Below the pieces are notes generated by a model, which worked only from the letters and a program-made list of their open reading frames with translations, ran no database searches and was not told the DNA's origin. From positions 384,001 through 448,000 of the forward strand of contig CAWDLW010000008.1 of the NCBI GenBank assembly GCA_963803145.1: DNA of 64,000 nucleotides. Reading direction: 5' to 3'. Of the stretch, positions 20,458 to 31,860 are shown one piece after another. This stretch comes from Methanotrichaceae archaeon. Lineage in GTDB: Archaea; Halobacteriota; Methanosarcinia; Methanotrichales; Methanotrichaceae. Made by a program: the position numbers and the translations under genes. Numbering within the stretch: the first letter of the stretch is position 1; every line of letters starts with the position of its first letter.

Positions 20458-21703
20458 TGATAGCAAAAAAACGGTTGGTCACGACACTGCAGTGCTGCTG
20501 CTGCGCGAGAGTCCAAACCAGACATCTGATCCATATAAGATGGAAGAGCTGAGGGGACTCGCAGACGCTGCAGGCTACAAAGTCCTGGCGGAGATAGTCC
20601 AAAGGAGAAGCCGCGATCATAGATTCCAAGTCGGAAAGGGAAAGATTTCAGATGCCTTGGCATATAACCCTGATAAGCTCATATTTTATAATCCCCTCAG
20701 CCCCATCCAGGTTTTCAATATCAGAAGTGAGTTCAAGGCTCAGGTCATTGATAGGTTCAACCTGATACTCGAGATATTTGCAACTCGAGCGTCTACGCGT
20801 GAGGCAAAGCTGCAGGTTGAGCTTGCAAAGCTGAGCTACGATGCACCACATGTTCGAAGCGCGCTATCATTGAAGAAGCTTGGCGAGCAGCCGGGTTTCA
20901 GAGGCGCAGGCGCATACGAAGAGTCAATGTACCACGACATTCGCGGTAGAATTGCAAAGATTAGGGCAACGCTGCAGAATGTAGAGGAGATGGGAGAGGA
21001 CAGAAGACAACGCAGACGTGAGCTGGGCTTCGATCTCGTAGCTTTAGCGGGCTATACAAATGCAGGCAAAAGCACTCTTCTAAATGCACTAACAAATGCT
21101 GATGTGGAAGCCAAAGATCAGCCATTCACCACTCTTTCTCCAACGACCCGTGCAGCCGAGATGAAGGGGAGGAAGGTGCTGCTGACGGATACCGTGGGCT
21201 TCATAGACGATCTTCCCCATTTTCTGATAAAGGCATTCAAATCCACGCTTTCGGAGATCTCTGAAGCGGATCTCGTGCTCCTGGTGGCAGATGCAAGCGA
21301 TCCTCCGGAGATACTGAGGCGGAAGCTGGTAGCATCCCACAAGGCCCTATGGGATTGCAGTGCCTCGGCGCCGATAATTACAGTTCTAAATAAGATCGAT
21401 CGGCTACGCCAAGACGAGGTTCAGGAAAGGCTTGAGATAATAAAGGATTTGGCGCCAGATCCTATACAAGCATCTGCCTATGCAGGTCAGGGACTGCCGG
21501 AGCTGATGGAGCATATCAATCATAGGCTTGCTCCGCTGAAGGAAATACAGATCAAGCTGCCATATACATCCCAAGGATTAAGTGAACTTTCCAAGCTTTA
21601 TGATGCCGCAGGACAGATCCAGGTCAGCTATGAGGATGAAGTGATAGTCCGATTAAAGGGACGAGAAGAAATAGTATCTAAGGAGAGAAAGTTCTGCGAT
21701 TGA
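20444..21703 (+). CDS. hflX: GTPase HflX
   Basis: VIDRFNLILEIF..RA...EAKLQVELA, GYTNAGKSTL, DTVGFI, NKID; the frame stays open upstream through the repeat to 20069. Confidence 0.93.
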   Translation: MMDSSDSKKTVGHDTAVLLLRESPNQTSDPYKMEELRGLADAAGYKVLAEIVQRRSRDHRFQVGKGKISDALAYNPDKLIFYNPLSPIQVFNIRSEFKAQVIDRFNLILEIFATRASTREAKLQVELAKLSYDAPHVRSALSLKKLGEQPGFRGAGAYEESMYHDIRGRIAKIRATLQNVEEMGEDRRQRRRELGFDLVALAGYTNAGKSTLLNALTNADVEAKDQPFTTLSPTTRAAEMKGRKVLLTDTVGFIDDLPHFLIKAFKSTLSEISEADLVLLVADASDPPEILRRKLVASHKALWDCSASAPIITVLNKIDRLRQDEVQERLEIIKDLAPDPIQASAYAGQGLPELMEHINHRLAPLKEIQIKLPYTSQGLSELSKLYDAAGQIQVSYEDEVIVRLKGREEIVSKERKFCD

Positions 21704-21734
21704 ATATTGCCGCAATTGCTAATCTGTTATCGCT

Positions 21735-22457
21735 ATGCCAGATATAATTCGAGAGCATTTTCAGCTTAAGCAAACGATAGTTACAATCTCAGCGCGTGAA
21801 GAGACCCACATTGAGGCTGCAAAGAAATCCATCATAGAGCAGCGGAGCTACCTCGAAGCCTTCATCCGCAAAGATCCGTTCTTCATGCTCACACTTGAGC
21901 ATTATGATCTTCAGGATGATGATGCACCTGATATTATCAGGCAGATGATCAATACAACCGAAATCTTCGGCATAGGCCCGATGGCTGCCGTCGCCGGCGT
22001 GATCGCTAAATTGGCTGTCGAGGCGATGATTAAGGCAGGCGCTACCTATGCGATCGTTGATAACGGCGGAGATATGTCAATACTGAATGATCAGCCTGTA
22101 ATAGTCGGAATATTTGCAGGCTCATCTCCTATCCGGGACTTAGCATTCGAGATCCCGCCGCGGGAGAAACCCTTGGGAATAGCCACAAGCAGCGGCACCG
22201 TTGGGCCATCGATAAGCTTTGGATGCGCTGATGCGGCTACTATCATCTCCCAGGATCCCGCATTGGCTGATGCAGCGGCAACTGCTCTGGGAAACGCAGT
22301 GCAGGCTGATAACAATTTGGACGAGTGCTTCAAGGCAATTGATAAGCCTGGAATTGATGGTGCGCTGATAATTCGGGGCGATGAGATGGCGATGTGGGGG
22401 GAGCTGCCGAAGCTGAGAAGGGCGAAGGTAGAGATTGAGAGGATAACGAAGGCTTAG
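21735..22457 (+). CDS. UPF0280 / ApbE-like protein
   Basis: GPMAAVAG, DNGGD, TSSGTVGPSISFG.AD, ALADAAATALGN. Confidence 0.9.
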   Translation: MPDIIREHFQLKQTIVTISAREETHIEAAKKSIIEQRSYLEAFIRKDPFFMLTLEHYDLQDDDAPDIIRQMINTTEIFGIGPMAAVAGVIAKLAVEAMIKAGATYAIVDNGGDMSILNDQPVIVGIFAGSSPIRDLAFEIPPREKPLGIATSSGTVGPSISFGCADAATIISQDPALADAAATALGNAVQADNNLDECFKAIDKPGIDGALIIRGDEMAMWGELPKLRRAKVEIERITKA

Positions 22458-22613
22458 TTGAATGAAAGCAATCTCAAACGGCTTGAGTTTATGATTTTCA
22501 TTGTCAGGCATAGGGGAGATTTTAAACGTAGCTACGCAGGCCAAATGCCTTGGCTATGTATGGTGACAATCTTGCCCCTGTAGCTCTATCAAATGCGCCA
22601 GACTCGCCTTCTG

Positions 22614-22805
22614 CTATAGTCTCCTTAAAAGACCGCGTTTCCTGGCGTACTCATCCAGATCCTCCAGCTCATCCTTGTGCGCCTCGTAATACTCCCAAAT
22701 ATCATCAGCGCACTCGGTCTCCATGCCTTCCGAGATCACGCCTTTAAAATCTCGGTTGGTAAGTATTTCTTGCTTGGCTGGTTTGGCTTCAATTCTTCCC
22801 ATCAT
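22614..22805 (-). CDS. Small protein, probable antitoxin partner of the adjacent RelE-like gene
   Basis: 63 aa, acidic C-half, co-oriented just downstream of the RelE-like gene. Confidence 0.5.
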   Translation of the reverse strand: MMGRIEAKPAKQEILTNRDFKGVISEGMETECADDIWEYYEAHKDELEDLDEYARKRGLLRRL

Positions 22806-22834
22806 ACGTCTTTATGCCCTGCGGGTATATCCGC

Positions 22835-23110
22835 TTATCTATAGTCTGACTTTCTCTTTTTCATGAAGATATTGAAAATCACTACCATCTGTCCATCTAC
22901 AAAATACTCAATTCGAATTCTTCCAATTTTCAAGCGATAGGCTGGCGGCTTCTGTTTACCTGCTATTTTATCAATATTCATTCCAGGGCGTGGTCTATAA
23001 GGTTCTCTCTTAAGTTGCTCGATGTGGGCATAGATTTTTTGCGCCTTGTTTTTGTCCATCTTATCAAGCTCTTTTCGGGCCGGGCGCAGCATCTTCAGAG
23101 AAAACGACAT
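22835..23110 (-). CDS. RelE/ParE-family toxin
   Basis: ARKELDKMD...I..L...PY...YRLKIGRIRIEY pattern. Confidence 0.8.
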   Translation of the reverse strand: MSFSLKMLRPARKELDKMDKNKAQKIYAHIEQLKREPYRPRPGMNIDKIAGKQKPPAYRLKIGRIRIEYFVDGQMVVIFNIFMKKRKSDYR

Positions 23111-23618
23111 GACGATCAACTTTTTCCAGGCATTATTTTGCAACTTGTTGATATATGACTTTATTCCAGGCGGGGCGATAGTGAAGCGCTGGTACTTGGT
23201 CAGAGCTATCTTTGATTTCTATTTGTTCTGCTACAACCAAACGAAATTAAACCACAAAGATACAAATGGCCTGGAGAGAATGTCGTGCGACGCAGGCGGC
23301 TCGAACGGATTAGCCGTGGTCAAAGGCCATATATATGTATACTGCCAAAGCATAGGCAATATGGAGTGGACACTGCCGCAGGCCTGGTGATAGTGGAGTT
23401 ATCAGGCGGCAGAGTTTTGAATAGATACCGCAGGAACTTATGCTATAGTTAGCTAATGCTCGCGAACGGACAGTACCTTCAATTGCAGCCAAGAATACGA
23501 GGAGGAAGTTTAATTTTCGCAAAGTATGTACTATGATTAGCGAGCTAACATATTAATGGTTCTGAATTATCTTTCTCTTTCGCAATTATTGGTTCCTGGT
23601 TTATTGTTAAGATTACAA

Positions 23619-23857
23619 CCCACATTCCGCACTTTCATTTCAAGCAAAAATAGTTTTTAAACTAATTTAAATTTGCACATTGAATCCTAATAACGAATTT
23701 AAGTAAACAACTTGAAAAATAGAAACTATTTCAGCCAGTTATCTCGGCACCTCTTTTTTGTGTGAAATAACGATTTGACCAGCAAATAGTAAATATTAAT
23801 TTGACCTAAGTTTCATGAAAATTATAGATTTTGAAAATCAATACTGCGGAATATGGG
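23619..23857. mobile_element. MITE (IS1634-like ends), copy 1
   Basis: TIRs CCCACATTCCGCA / TGCGGAATATGGG; 6-bp direct repeat TTACAA on both sides. Confidence 0.85.
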
Positions 23858-24222
23858 TTACAAGATCTGACTTAACCTAAACGCCGGGGTTATTATAACC
23901 AGGGTTCTACCGATAACGAAAAATTCTCTTGCCTAGTTATTAGAGTTATTACCATCAAATGGCTTAATCCAACTACTGCCATCATATTTGCTTGCATAGT
24001 TATTAAAGAGCCCGGAGTTTAGGACTTAATCAAATAGCACTTGAATCAAGATACCAGCTACGAAAACAGTGGAGGATATTATTATCATATCAAAAAATCG
24101 AAAAAATTATTAGAAGAAAACATGAATAACTTAAGTCGATAGATCTCAAAATTCGTTTTAATTCTCGGTATCGATTTAAACTTATTTATGCAGAAAAAAG
24201 AAAACCGAGCGATCTCATTTAG

Positions 24223-24459
24223 CCCACATTCCGCACCTTCAAATAGCACGAAAATAATTTTCAGGCTAAACAAGATTTACATATTACACTTAATATCCAA
24301 ATTTATTCAGCAAATAGGAAAATCAGAGTTTTTTGTGCAAGTCGTCTTAACTTATCTTTTTGCATGAAATAAGGATTTATGCTGCAAAACGTAAATGTTG
24401 TTCATACTAAGTTGTCATAAAAATTATAAATTTTGAAATTTAATACTGCGGAATGTGGG
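24223..24459. mobile_element. MITE (IS1634-like ends), copy 2
   Basis: TIRs CCCACATTCCGCA / TGCGGAATGTGGG; 5-bp direct repeat TTTAG; right ~55 bp similar to copy 1. Confidence 0.85.
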
Positions 24460-24550
24460 TTTAGTATAAAAACAAAGAATATACTTAATTTATTAAAAAT
24501 GTCCTCAAAGATAAAACCTTTAAATACCAAATAATTGTTAAAAACCTTCC

Positions 24551-26261
24551 ATGGCTAGGAGGGATAAAGAAAAAAATTTGGTTCTTCTTAAATTTAGGTA
24601 TATACTACATTTTTATAGCGTGCATTTTCATTTTCCATATATGTTTAGGCGAAACCTGGGCAGGAGATAACTTTGTGCCTGATACACAAACTTTTCGAGA
24701 AAATACGTGGAGATTAGACGCGAATTGTGGGAATTCAGCTATTATATATAAACATGTAAAAGGCCCTGGCGAGATAAGATTTAAATGGAGAAAGAGTACG
24801 GCCTACGGTTCAGCGTTTGAATTTTCGATGTATATAGAGAATACTAATACCAAAATTATCTGCCCTTCATTTGATAAATGGAATGAGGGCTCAGCATAAC
24901 ATATCGGATGGTGGAACTCAGAAAGTAATATGGGAATATAAAAAAATTCCATCATCAGGGCGTTACTGTAGCATGGACTCCTTAGCATGGCTCAAGGATA
25001 TTGCAGCATCTAATAAATCTATTACTGAGATTGCGCCTGCGATTAATATTAGTTTGCCGCAAATAGGAATTTTGCCTACAAATATTGGTACGAAAGCTTC
25101 TAACTTCTCTACAGAAAATCCAATTACAATAAACTCATATAGCTTTCATATAAATATATCAAATACTATAATAAATATATCTAGCCCAATTGAGACACTT
25201 CCTGCTGGCAATATTGAGGCCTATAGTAAATTGAAAAATAATAGTCGATTAGTTATCAAGCCTATCTGGCCTAATGAAGGATCGATTTTGCCCGTTAATG
25301 TTCCGATAAAGTTTAACTTTTCTGTAACGCATATTGATAAAATTCCCATTTGTAAATTGTTTATAGATGATGCAGAAGTTGATCAAAAGAATAGATCTAG
25401 ATGCATAAACGTAAATAGTGATAACGAACTTGTATCTAAATTTAACGAGATTGGCATGCATAGCTGGAAAGTCGAGTGCTGTGACTGCCAAGATTTATGC
25501 AATTCTTCTAGTAAAGTATTCTTCTATATAAAGGCGAATCCCAAAAACAATACTACATATGTGAATAAAGATCTACCAGAGCCAAGTAGATTTGTGTATG
25601 CCTCAACAAAGTGAAGCAATTAATAATGTCAGTGAAGACAGCTACAGGTCAGGTCGAAAAAGGCATTTATAATGAACAAATAGAAATAAATAAACCATTA
25701 AGATTAAATGGGAGATATGGTTCAGTTATAGATCTAAATTATGGCGATGAAGGCGTAGCTATAAAATTAAATTCGGATGATGTCGAAATAGGAGGATTAA
25801 CAATCAATAACTGCGTTATTGCAATCCAAGCTGGAAGAACGGATGATAAAGGTAATAGGGCTTTGAAGGGCATTAATTTATATTATAATAATATATCAAA
25901 TTGTGCTATCGGGTTTAACATCATTAATTGTAATAATATTAACGTAAAAAATAATACAATTAATTATTGTAGAGAAATATCTCGCGGGGACAGTATTTGC
26001 ATGGCTGATGCTATATAACTAACGAGCTGCAGCAACTATAATATATCATTCAATACAATTAATAAATTGGTGCTTAGTGAACAAAAATCAAGGAGCTGTA
26101 TCCATTTAAAAAATTGTAGAATTGAAAATATATATAAAAATTGTTTCTATAATAGTAACTATGGAATAGGCTATACGGATGTCATAGACAGTTTCGACGA
26201 GCAAAAACTTCGGAAAGATAACTTCAATAATTCAATTATTAGTATGCTAGGCGGAATATAG
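24551..26261 (+). pseudogene. Fragmented secreted protein with C-terminal NosD-like beta-helix
   Basis: Consecutive short ORFs 24675-24899, 24871-25614, 25611-26018, 26067-26261; GIYNEQIEINKPL.L.G motif; signal-peptide-like segment at ~24575-24650. Confidence 0.6.
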
Positions 26262-26264
26262 ATA

Positions 26265-27398
26265 ATGAATAGTAATTTTTATATATTAATTATTTTTTCA
26301 TTAATGATACCTCAATATTGCGCATTGGGGCAGGATTATCGGAGTAATGGAGATAATCACCAATGCTCATTGATATTTTCAGTAAAAAATAACACACCGG
26401 TGTTAAATAGGCCTATATTATTTAGAAATTCTAGTGCAATTATTTCTTTTGAATTAAGTATATTAGAGGGAGGTCGACGACATTATTCAGGTGAAATTGA
26501 TATAAATGGGCGGCTATCTAATTACCTATCGTTTGCAAACGAAGAAATTGGAATACAGCCGTACTATTTGCCTTATTCATCTTATTGCTATGTGGAAACT
26601 AGCTCAAATGGGTCATGGCACATCAATTGTTCAAATTTCAACCCAAATGATAAACTAAAATTTGACCGCTTAGTTTATATCAAAATCCCCAAATCTGAGA
26701 ATAGAACTTTAATTCATGATAAATGCGCATTCATCTCTAAATACTCATGGTTTTGGCAGGGGGACAGCAAACTAATGACTAATATAGATAATATAACTAT
26801 CGATAATAATTTTATATGGAATGCCGCAACAGATCCTACAGATGCCGAGATCTATATCGATAACGTCTCACGTGGTAAAACACCTAAAATATTATCATTT
26901 GCTTATGGAAATCGCCATATAAGAATAAATAAAAGTGGATTTGAGGATAGAAATATAGAATTGAGCGAAATAGAAAAGAATAATGGACCAATAAAATTGA
27001 AAAAACAATTATGCCTTTTAACATTTACAATTTCTCCAAAAGATGTAGATATAACCGTTGATGGTAACGATTTAAAAGCGAGAGAAACATATATTGAACA
27101 AGATAGCCCACATGAAATTGTTATTAGCAAAGAAGATTATGGAACGTATATTGCTAATGTTACAGCATATAATCAGACACAAAACATAAATGTTACCTTG
27201 CTAAAAGAACTAAAGATTAATTACGAAAAATATGGTCTAATCGCCGCAATTATTTTAATATTATTATGGATCCTTAAGGAATATCCTCGAAGTAATAATT
27301 CTAAAGGTTTAATCCCCGATTGGATGGATTTTTACTTCAGATTTTTAATGGCCGTTATTTTTTTAATTATTATTTTAATAATTAATAATTGGCCATAA
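26265..27398 (+). CDS. PEGA-domain membrane-anchored protein
   Basis: TDPTDAEIYIDN...GKTP....G.H.I.I.K.G twice; two C-terminal TM segments. Confidence 0.75.
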   Translation: MNSNFYILIIFSLMIPQYCALGQDYRSNGDNHQCSLIFSVKNNTPVLNRPILFRNSSAIISFELSILEGGRRHYSGEIDINGRLSNYLSFANEEIGIQPYYLPYSSYCYVETSSNGSWHINCSNFNPNDKLKFDRLVYIKIPKSENRTLIHDKCAFISKYSWFWQGDSKLMTNIDNITIDNNFIWNAATDPTDAEIYIDNVSRGKTPKILSFAYGNRHIRINKSGFEDRNIELSEIEKNNGPIKLKKQLCLLTFTISPKDVDITVDGNDLKARETYIEQDSPHEIVISKEDYGTYIANVTAYNQTQNINVTLLKELKINYEKYGLIAAIILILLWILKEYPRSNNSKGLIPDWMDFYFRFLMAVIFLIIILIINNWP

Positions 27399-27495
27399 GA
27401 AAGTTTATTTTATCCAAATGCCCTGCTTCTAGCTGCTTAGGGAAACCACAGCAGCTATTGATTTATAATAAAATTAATAAATTTTTTTTATTTCT

Positions 27496-27647
27496 GTATA
27501 TACCCTGAGCCCCCCATTTTTTAGGCATATAGTGTCATTACATAGCGATTCGTGATGGGTAATAGGCACTACGCTGGTTAAGTGAAAAAGAACATAAGCC
27601 TGTTATTCTGTTTTGTTTGCCTAAATGATGGGGAGCTCAGGATATAC
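27496..27647. mobile_element. MITE-like element with ~30-bp imperfect terminal inverted repeats
   Basis: GTATATACCCTGAGCCCCCCATTTTTTAGGCA versus reverse complement of right end GTATATCCTGAGCTCCCCATCATTTAGGCA. Confidence 0.7.
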
Positions 27648-27825
27648 TTCTTTATGAAAAAATTATAAATATTAATAATTATATTAAAATTCAGATAGTC
27701 TAATAATATGCATTTTAATATTATGTATTTTACAATATAAGAATATTGTTTCGAAAAATTAAAAACTGGCAGAATCGAAAGCTTGAACTATAATCATGCC
27801 TTTTTGGTGTACTAGGTGACCAGTA

Positions 27826-29697
27826 TTGCAATTACTCCTGATTCACTCAGATTATATTGAATTCGAGGCCAAGAGGCCGACGAAGTTCGCCGAAGAGATC
27901 GAGGAATCTGCCAAGAAGGGCAGGCTGGAGGAGGCGCTCTGCGCCTTCATAGCAGTCGAAAAGCCGGATGAGGGTGACATCGACGCCGTCGTCGCAGAAG
28001 GCGCAAAGCAGGTTGCAGATGTTGCAGAGCAGGTACACGCCAAGAAAGTTATGCTCTATCCTTACGCACACCTCAGCTCAAATCTGGCAACGCCCGACTC
28101 AGCAATCAAGATACTGAAGGGTATGCAGGAGGCGCTCTCTCAGAATTATGAGGTCGTTCGCGCGCCCTTCGGCTGGTACAAAGCCTTCACGCTGAGCTGC
28201 AAAGGCCATCCTCTATCAGAGCTTTCACGCTCAATCAAAACCGGCGAGGCTGGTGGAGAGGTTGTCTCAGAGGCCCTCAAGTCCGAGGCGAAGGCTGTCT
28301 CCTACTGGAAGATATTGGATACGAAAGGCCAGATGTTTGATCCTGATGCATTCGACTTCAAAGGCCATGACAACCTAGCCAAGTTCACTCACTACGAGAT
28401 AGCCAAGGCGAGGGCTGTTGATAAGGTTCCTCCACATGTTGATCTGATGAGGCGCCTTGAGCTTGTCGATTATGAGCCGGGCTCAGATCCGGGGAACATG
28501 AGATACTACCCCAAGGGCAGGCTGATAAAATCGCTTTTGGAGTCGTACGTCCTCGATAAGGCATCGGACATGGGCGCAATGGAGGTCGAGACCCCAATCA
28601 TGTACGATATGGAGCATCCGACGCTCAAGAAATACCTCGACCGCTTCCCTGCAAGACAGTACCAGATAGAGGCCGATAAGAAGAAGCTGTTCCTGCGGTT
28701 CGCCGCCTGCTTCGGCCAGTTCCTCATGGGCCACGACATGACAATATCCTACAAGTCGCTTCCGCTGAAGATGGTCGAGATCACCAGATACAGCTTCAGG
28801 CGAGAACAGAGGGGAGAGCTTGTTGGCATACGCCGCCTGCGTGCATTCACAATGCCGGACATGCACACCATGGCAAAGGATATGGGCCAGGCAATGGATG
28901 AGTTCAGAAAGCAGTATGAGATGTGCATCTCAGTCCTGAAGGATGTCGGCATAGATCTGGAAGATTATGAGGTCGCGATCAGGTTCACCAAGGACTTCTA
29001 TGCCGAAAACAAGGAGTTCATCGAGGGCCTTGTGGATATCGTCAAGAAGCCTGTTCTCATAGAGATGTGGGACGAGAGATTCTTCTACTTCGTCCTCAAG
29101 TTCGAGTTCAATTTCGTTGACACACTGGACAAAGCGAGCGCCCTTTCTACAGTTCAGATCGATGTTGAGAACGCAGAGCGTTATGATATCGCTTATGTGG
29201 ACGAAGCAGGCGAGAAGAAGCGGCCCATACTCCTGCACTGCTCGCCATCCGGCGCAATCGAGCGCGATATGTACGCCCTTCTGGAGAAGGCCGCACGAGA
29301 AGCAGAGTCTGGCAAGCTTCCCATGCTTAAGACCTGGCTCGCACCGACTCAGATCAGGATAATACCTGTGGCCGAGCGACATCAGGCACGCGCTCTGGAG
29401 GTCGCAAAAGACTTAGGCCTCCGCGCGGATATCGATGACCGGGACGAGACTGTCGGCAAAAAAATTAGAGATGCAGGCAGAGAATGGATACCCTACGTGG
29501 CAGTAATAGGCGATGATGAGCTTTCATCAAATCAGCTGACGGTTACAATTAGACAGGATTCAACGCCTAAGGCTCCCGCGAAGGCAAAAATGAGCGTTGA
29601 GGAGCTGAGAAGACGCATCCAGGAGGAGACTGCAGGAAAACCCTGGAGAAGGCAGCCGTTGCCCCTTAAGCTATCTGAGCGTCCGAAGTTCATTTAG
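27826..29697 (+). CDS. thrS: Threonine--tRNA ligase, archaeal type
   Basis: [25 protein letters not shown]...[11 protein letters not shown] editing domain; [10 protein letters not shown]; TVQIDVEN. Confidence 0.97.
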   Translation: MQLLLIHSDYIEFEAKRPTKFAEEIEESAKKGRLEEALCAFIAVEKPDEGDIDAVVAEGAKQVADVAEQVHAKKVMLYPYAHLSSNLATPDSAIKILKGMQEALSQNYEVVRAPFGWYKAFTLSCKGHPLSELSRSIKTGEAGGEVVSEALKSEAKAVSYWKILDTKGQMFDPDAFDFKGHDNLAKFTHYEIAKARAVDKVPPHVDLMRRLELVDYEPGSDPGNMRYYPKGRLIKSLLESYVLDKASDMGAMEVETPIMYDMEHPTLKKYLDRFPARQYQIEADKKKLFLRFAACFGQFLMGHDMTISYKSLPLKMVEITRYSFRREQRGELVGIRRLRAFTMPDMHTMAKDMGQAMDEFRKQYEMCISVLKDVGIDLEDYEVAIRFTKDFYAENKEFIEGLVDIVKKPVLIEMWDERFFYFVLKFEFNFVDTLDKASALSTVQIDVENAERYDIAYVDEAGEKKRPILLHCSPSGAIERDMYALLEKAAREAESGKLPMLKTWLAPTQIRIIPVAERHQARALEVAKDLGLRADIDDRDETVGKKIRDAGREWIPYVAVIGDDELSSNQLTVTIRQDSTPKAPAKAKMSVEELRRRIQEETAGKPWRRQPLPLKLSERPKFI

Positions 29698-29703
29698 CTG
29701 TCT

Positions 29704-29720
29704 AATTTAATTTTTTTATC
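29704..29720 (+). terminator. Putative oligo-T terminator after thrS
   Basis: T-run immediately after the stop codon. Confidence 0.4.
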
Positions 29721-29815
29721 TTACTTTCATCCTATTATTATGTCTTTTGGAATAGCACACATGGCTTTTAGAATGTCATTAGAGAAATAACTCAAACTCA
29801 GCCGGCTACAAAGGG

Positions 29816-30310
29816 CTACTTTTTAAGCTCAACTATATTCTCGCAATAAGGATCGCCTTTACACATTGCCTTTGTCGATTTCGTTGTATACTTTTGATTT
29901 AGATTCTCGATTGCAGAGCGATTGTATGCCTGACATGCATTGATCAGCAGCGCCGGATTCATGCCCATTTCGATGGCTCTATTAAGAAAGGGACATTCTG
30001 TTCCCCTCGATACCGCCCTGTTCGCCTTTCTCTCCATCATTCTCCATTTAAGCTCAGGCCCGAAGATAATCTTGGATATGATGCCATATGTATCGCTGAT
30101 ATCCCTGGCACTCTCAACGGGCAAACCTAAAGCTTGAGCTATCTTTTTAACCTCCTTTCCGCCCTCGACCCATATTGGCAGCTCAATAGCATCATATCTT
30201 TCTCCCAGAGCTTTTCTAAAGATCATATCGTAGATGATAGGCATAACAGTTGCCGATTTGGCTGCGATCTCCCAGCGCAGCTCGACGGGAATATCTTCAA
30301 TTGTGGCCAT
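29816..30310 (-). CDS. Cys-containing hypothetical protein (ATC-hydrolase/V4R-like fold suspected)
   Basis: ECPF...C...MCKGDPYCE pattern. Confidence 0.55.
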   Translation of the reverse strand: MATIEDIPVELRWEIAAKSATVMPIIYDMIFRKALGERYDAIELPIWVEGGKEVKKIAQALGLPVESARDISDTYGIISKIIFGPELKWRMMERKANRAVSRGTECPFLNRAIEMGMNPALLINACQAYNRSAIENLNQKYTTKSTKAMCKGDPYCENIVELKK

Positions 30311-30480
30311 TCCGAATCACCGTTTATTAGAGCAATTGTGTATTGCTTTTGATTATTGAAAAATGTTTCCACATATTCTTTATTCAGGAGAAGATAGCAA
30401 TGAACGATAGTAAGGCGTACCTGTGAAAATAGTCCTTCTTTCGATTAGTTGACTGATAAATTCAAGCTCCAAAGTTCACT

Positions 30481-30541
30481 CTTTGTGCCTTTGTGTCTTT
30501 GTGGTGAGCGTTCAGTATCGATCAACCACAAAGGCACAAAG
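30481..30541. repeat. CTTTGTG/CACAAAG hairpin repeat
   Basis: CTTTGTGTCTTTGTGGT ... ACCACAAAGGCACAAAG inverted pair; same family as the 57-58 kb elements. Confidence 0.8.
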
Positions 30542-30603
30542 AACGTACTTGCCATTCTTAACAGATCTAAAAAGTATTTGCCTATCTCTTTCAGACATTG
30601 CAG

Positions 30604-31779
30604 CTAAGCGGGATAATCATAGGTTATATCCGATGATCCTATCCCAAGAGGATGTCTATCCACTCCGGAGCCTCCGGGAATGTAGACTACATGTCCCAGG
30701 TCGCTGTAATAATTGCCAATGACTCCATTATCCCAACTGTTTCTGAGGCCGAGATCATAGGCGTTATAGCTGTTATCTATGAGATAGTTGCTGAATATTT
30801 TGTTCCAGCCAGCAGAGAATGCGAGGTATATCCCATAAGTATTTTTCAGGGCTGTATTATCCGTTATTGTATTGTTGCTGCTGTGGTATGCCAGATGAAT
30901 GCCTTTATCATTCAAAGATAGGTTATTCCTCTCAATGGCATTATCGTTGCTATCGAATGCAAGATAAATGCCTCTTTCGTTATCATTAGCCGTATTATCG
31001 CAGATTACATTGCGCTTAGAGCTATCCAGAGATATGCCACCATGTCCGTTACCGCTGGCAGAATTATGGAAAATAATGTTATCGTCGCTTGACTCCTCAA
31101 GGGATATTCCATACCAATCGCTCTTGCTGATGTTATTATCTTTTATTGTATTGTTGCTGCTGGAACGAAGCGAAATGGAGCTATCGCCATTCTGTATCAG
31201 GTCATTTTTCGAGACCATATTGTGCTCAGACCGTAGGAGGAAGATGCCGCAATCTTTGCTTTCTCCAATGTTGTTATCTTTAATATAATTGTTAGTAATA
31301 ATATTGTATTCTGAGCTTGCGAGAGAGATGCCATTTGTATTATTGCTAATAACGTTCGCGGAGATCGTGCAGTTTTTTGCACCATCAAGGCGTATACCAT
31401 CGGCACAATAGCTTATATTATTTTTGTTAATAACACTGTTATTAGACTCAACATCGATACCTGTCCTACGAGTAGATCTGATATCAAAGCCGGATACAAC
31501 TATGCCATCAGCCTTGAGGGTTATTGCATTGCCGATAGCACCTGAATCTAAAAGTGGCATATCCGTTCCTTTGAGTGCTATCTGTTTAGTTATGTTTAGG
31601 CTCTCGCGATAGACCCCACCCTGGACCTCGATAACATCCCCAGACCCCGCCTTATCTAGAGCTGCCTGGATGCTTGCCCCCGGCTGCACTTTTATCACAG
31701 TGGCGCCAGCTGAAGATGTTGCTATTAATATGATAGCAAGTGCTAGCCAGCATACTCCTATCTTCATTGCATCTCCCAT
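30604..31779 (-). CDS. NosD/CASH beta-helix surface protein
   Basis: Signal peptide, SIQAALDKAGSGDVI, Asn-rich repeats, WDNGVIGNYYSD. Confidence 0.9.
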   Translation of the reverse strand: MGDAMKIGVCWLALAIILIATSSAGATVIKVQPGASIQAALDKAGSGDVIEVQGGVYRESLNITKQIALKGTDMPLLDSGAIGNAITLKADGIVVSGFDIRSTRRTGIDVESNNSVINKNNISYCADGIRLDGAKNCTISANVISNNTNGISLASSEYNIITNNYIKDNNIGESKDCGIFLLRSEHNMVSKNDLIQNGDSSISLRSSSNNTIKDNNISKSDWYGISLEESSDDNIIFHNSASGNGHGGISLDSSKRNVICDNTANDNERGIYLAFDSNDNAIERNNLSLNDKGIHLAYHSSNNTITDNTALKNTYGIYLAFSAGWNKIFSNYLIDNSYNAYDLGLRNSWDNGVIGNYYSDLGHVVYIPGGSGVDRHPLGIGSSDITYDYPA

Positions 31780-31860
31780 TAAGGAGATTACTTTTCAATT
31801 TATAAAGGTATGGTTAAAAGGTTTTATAACTACTAGCATGCCAGAAGTTATCTGGTCCAG

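Noticed and set aside
20034-20663. Minus-strand ORFs (SRPSLIS)n and (LSPVIDI)n
   Set aside because: By-products of a stop-free 21-bp repeat, antisense to real genes
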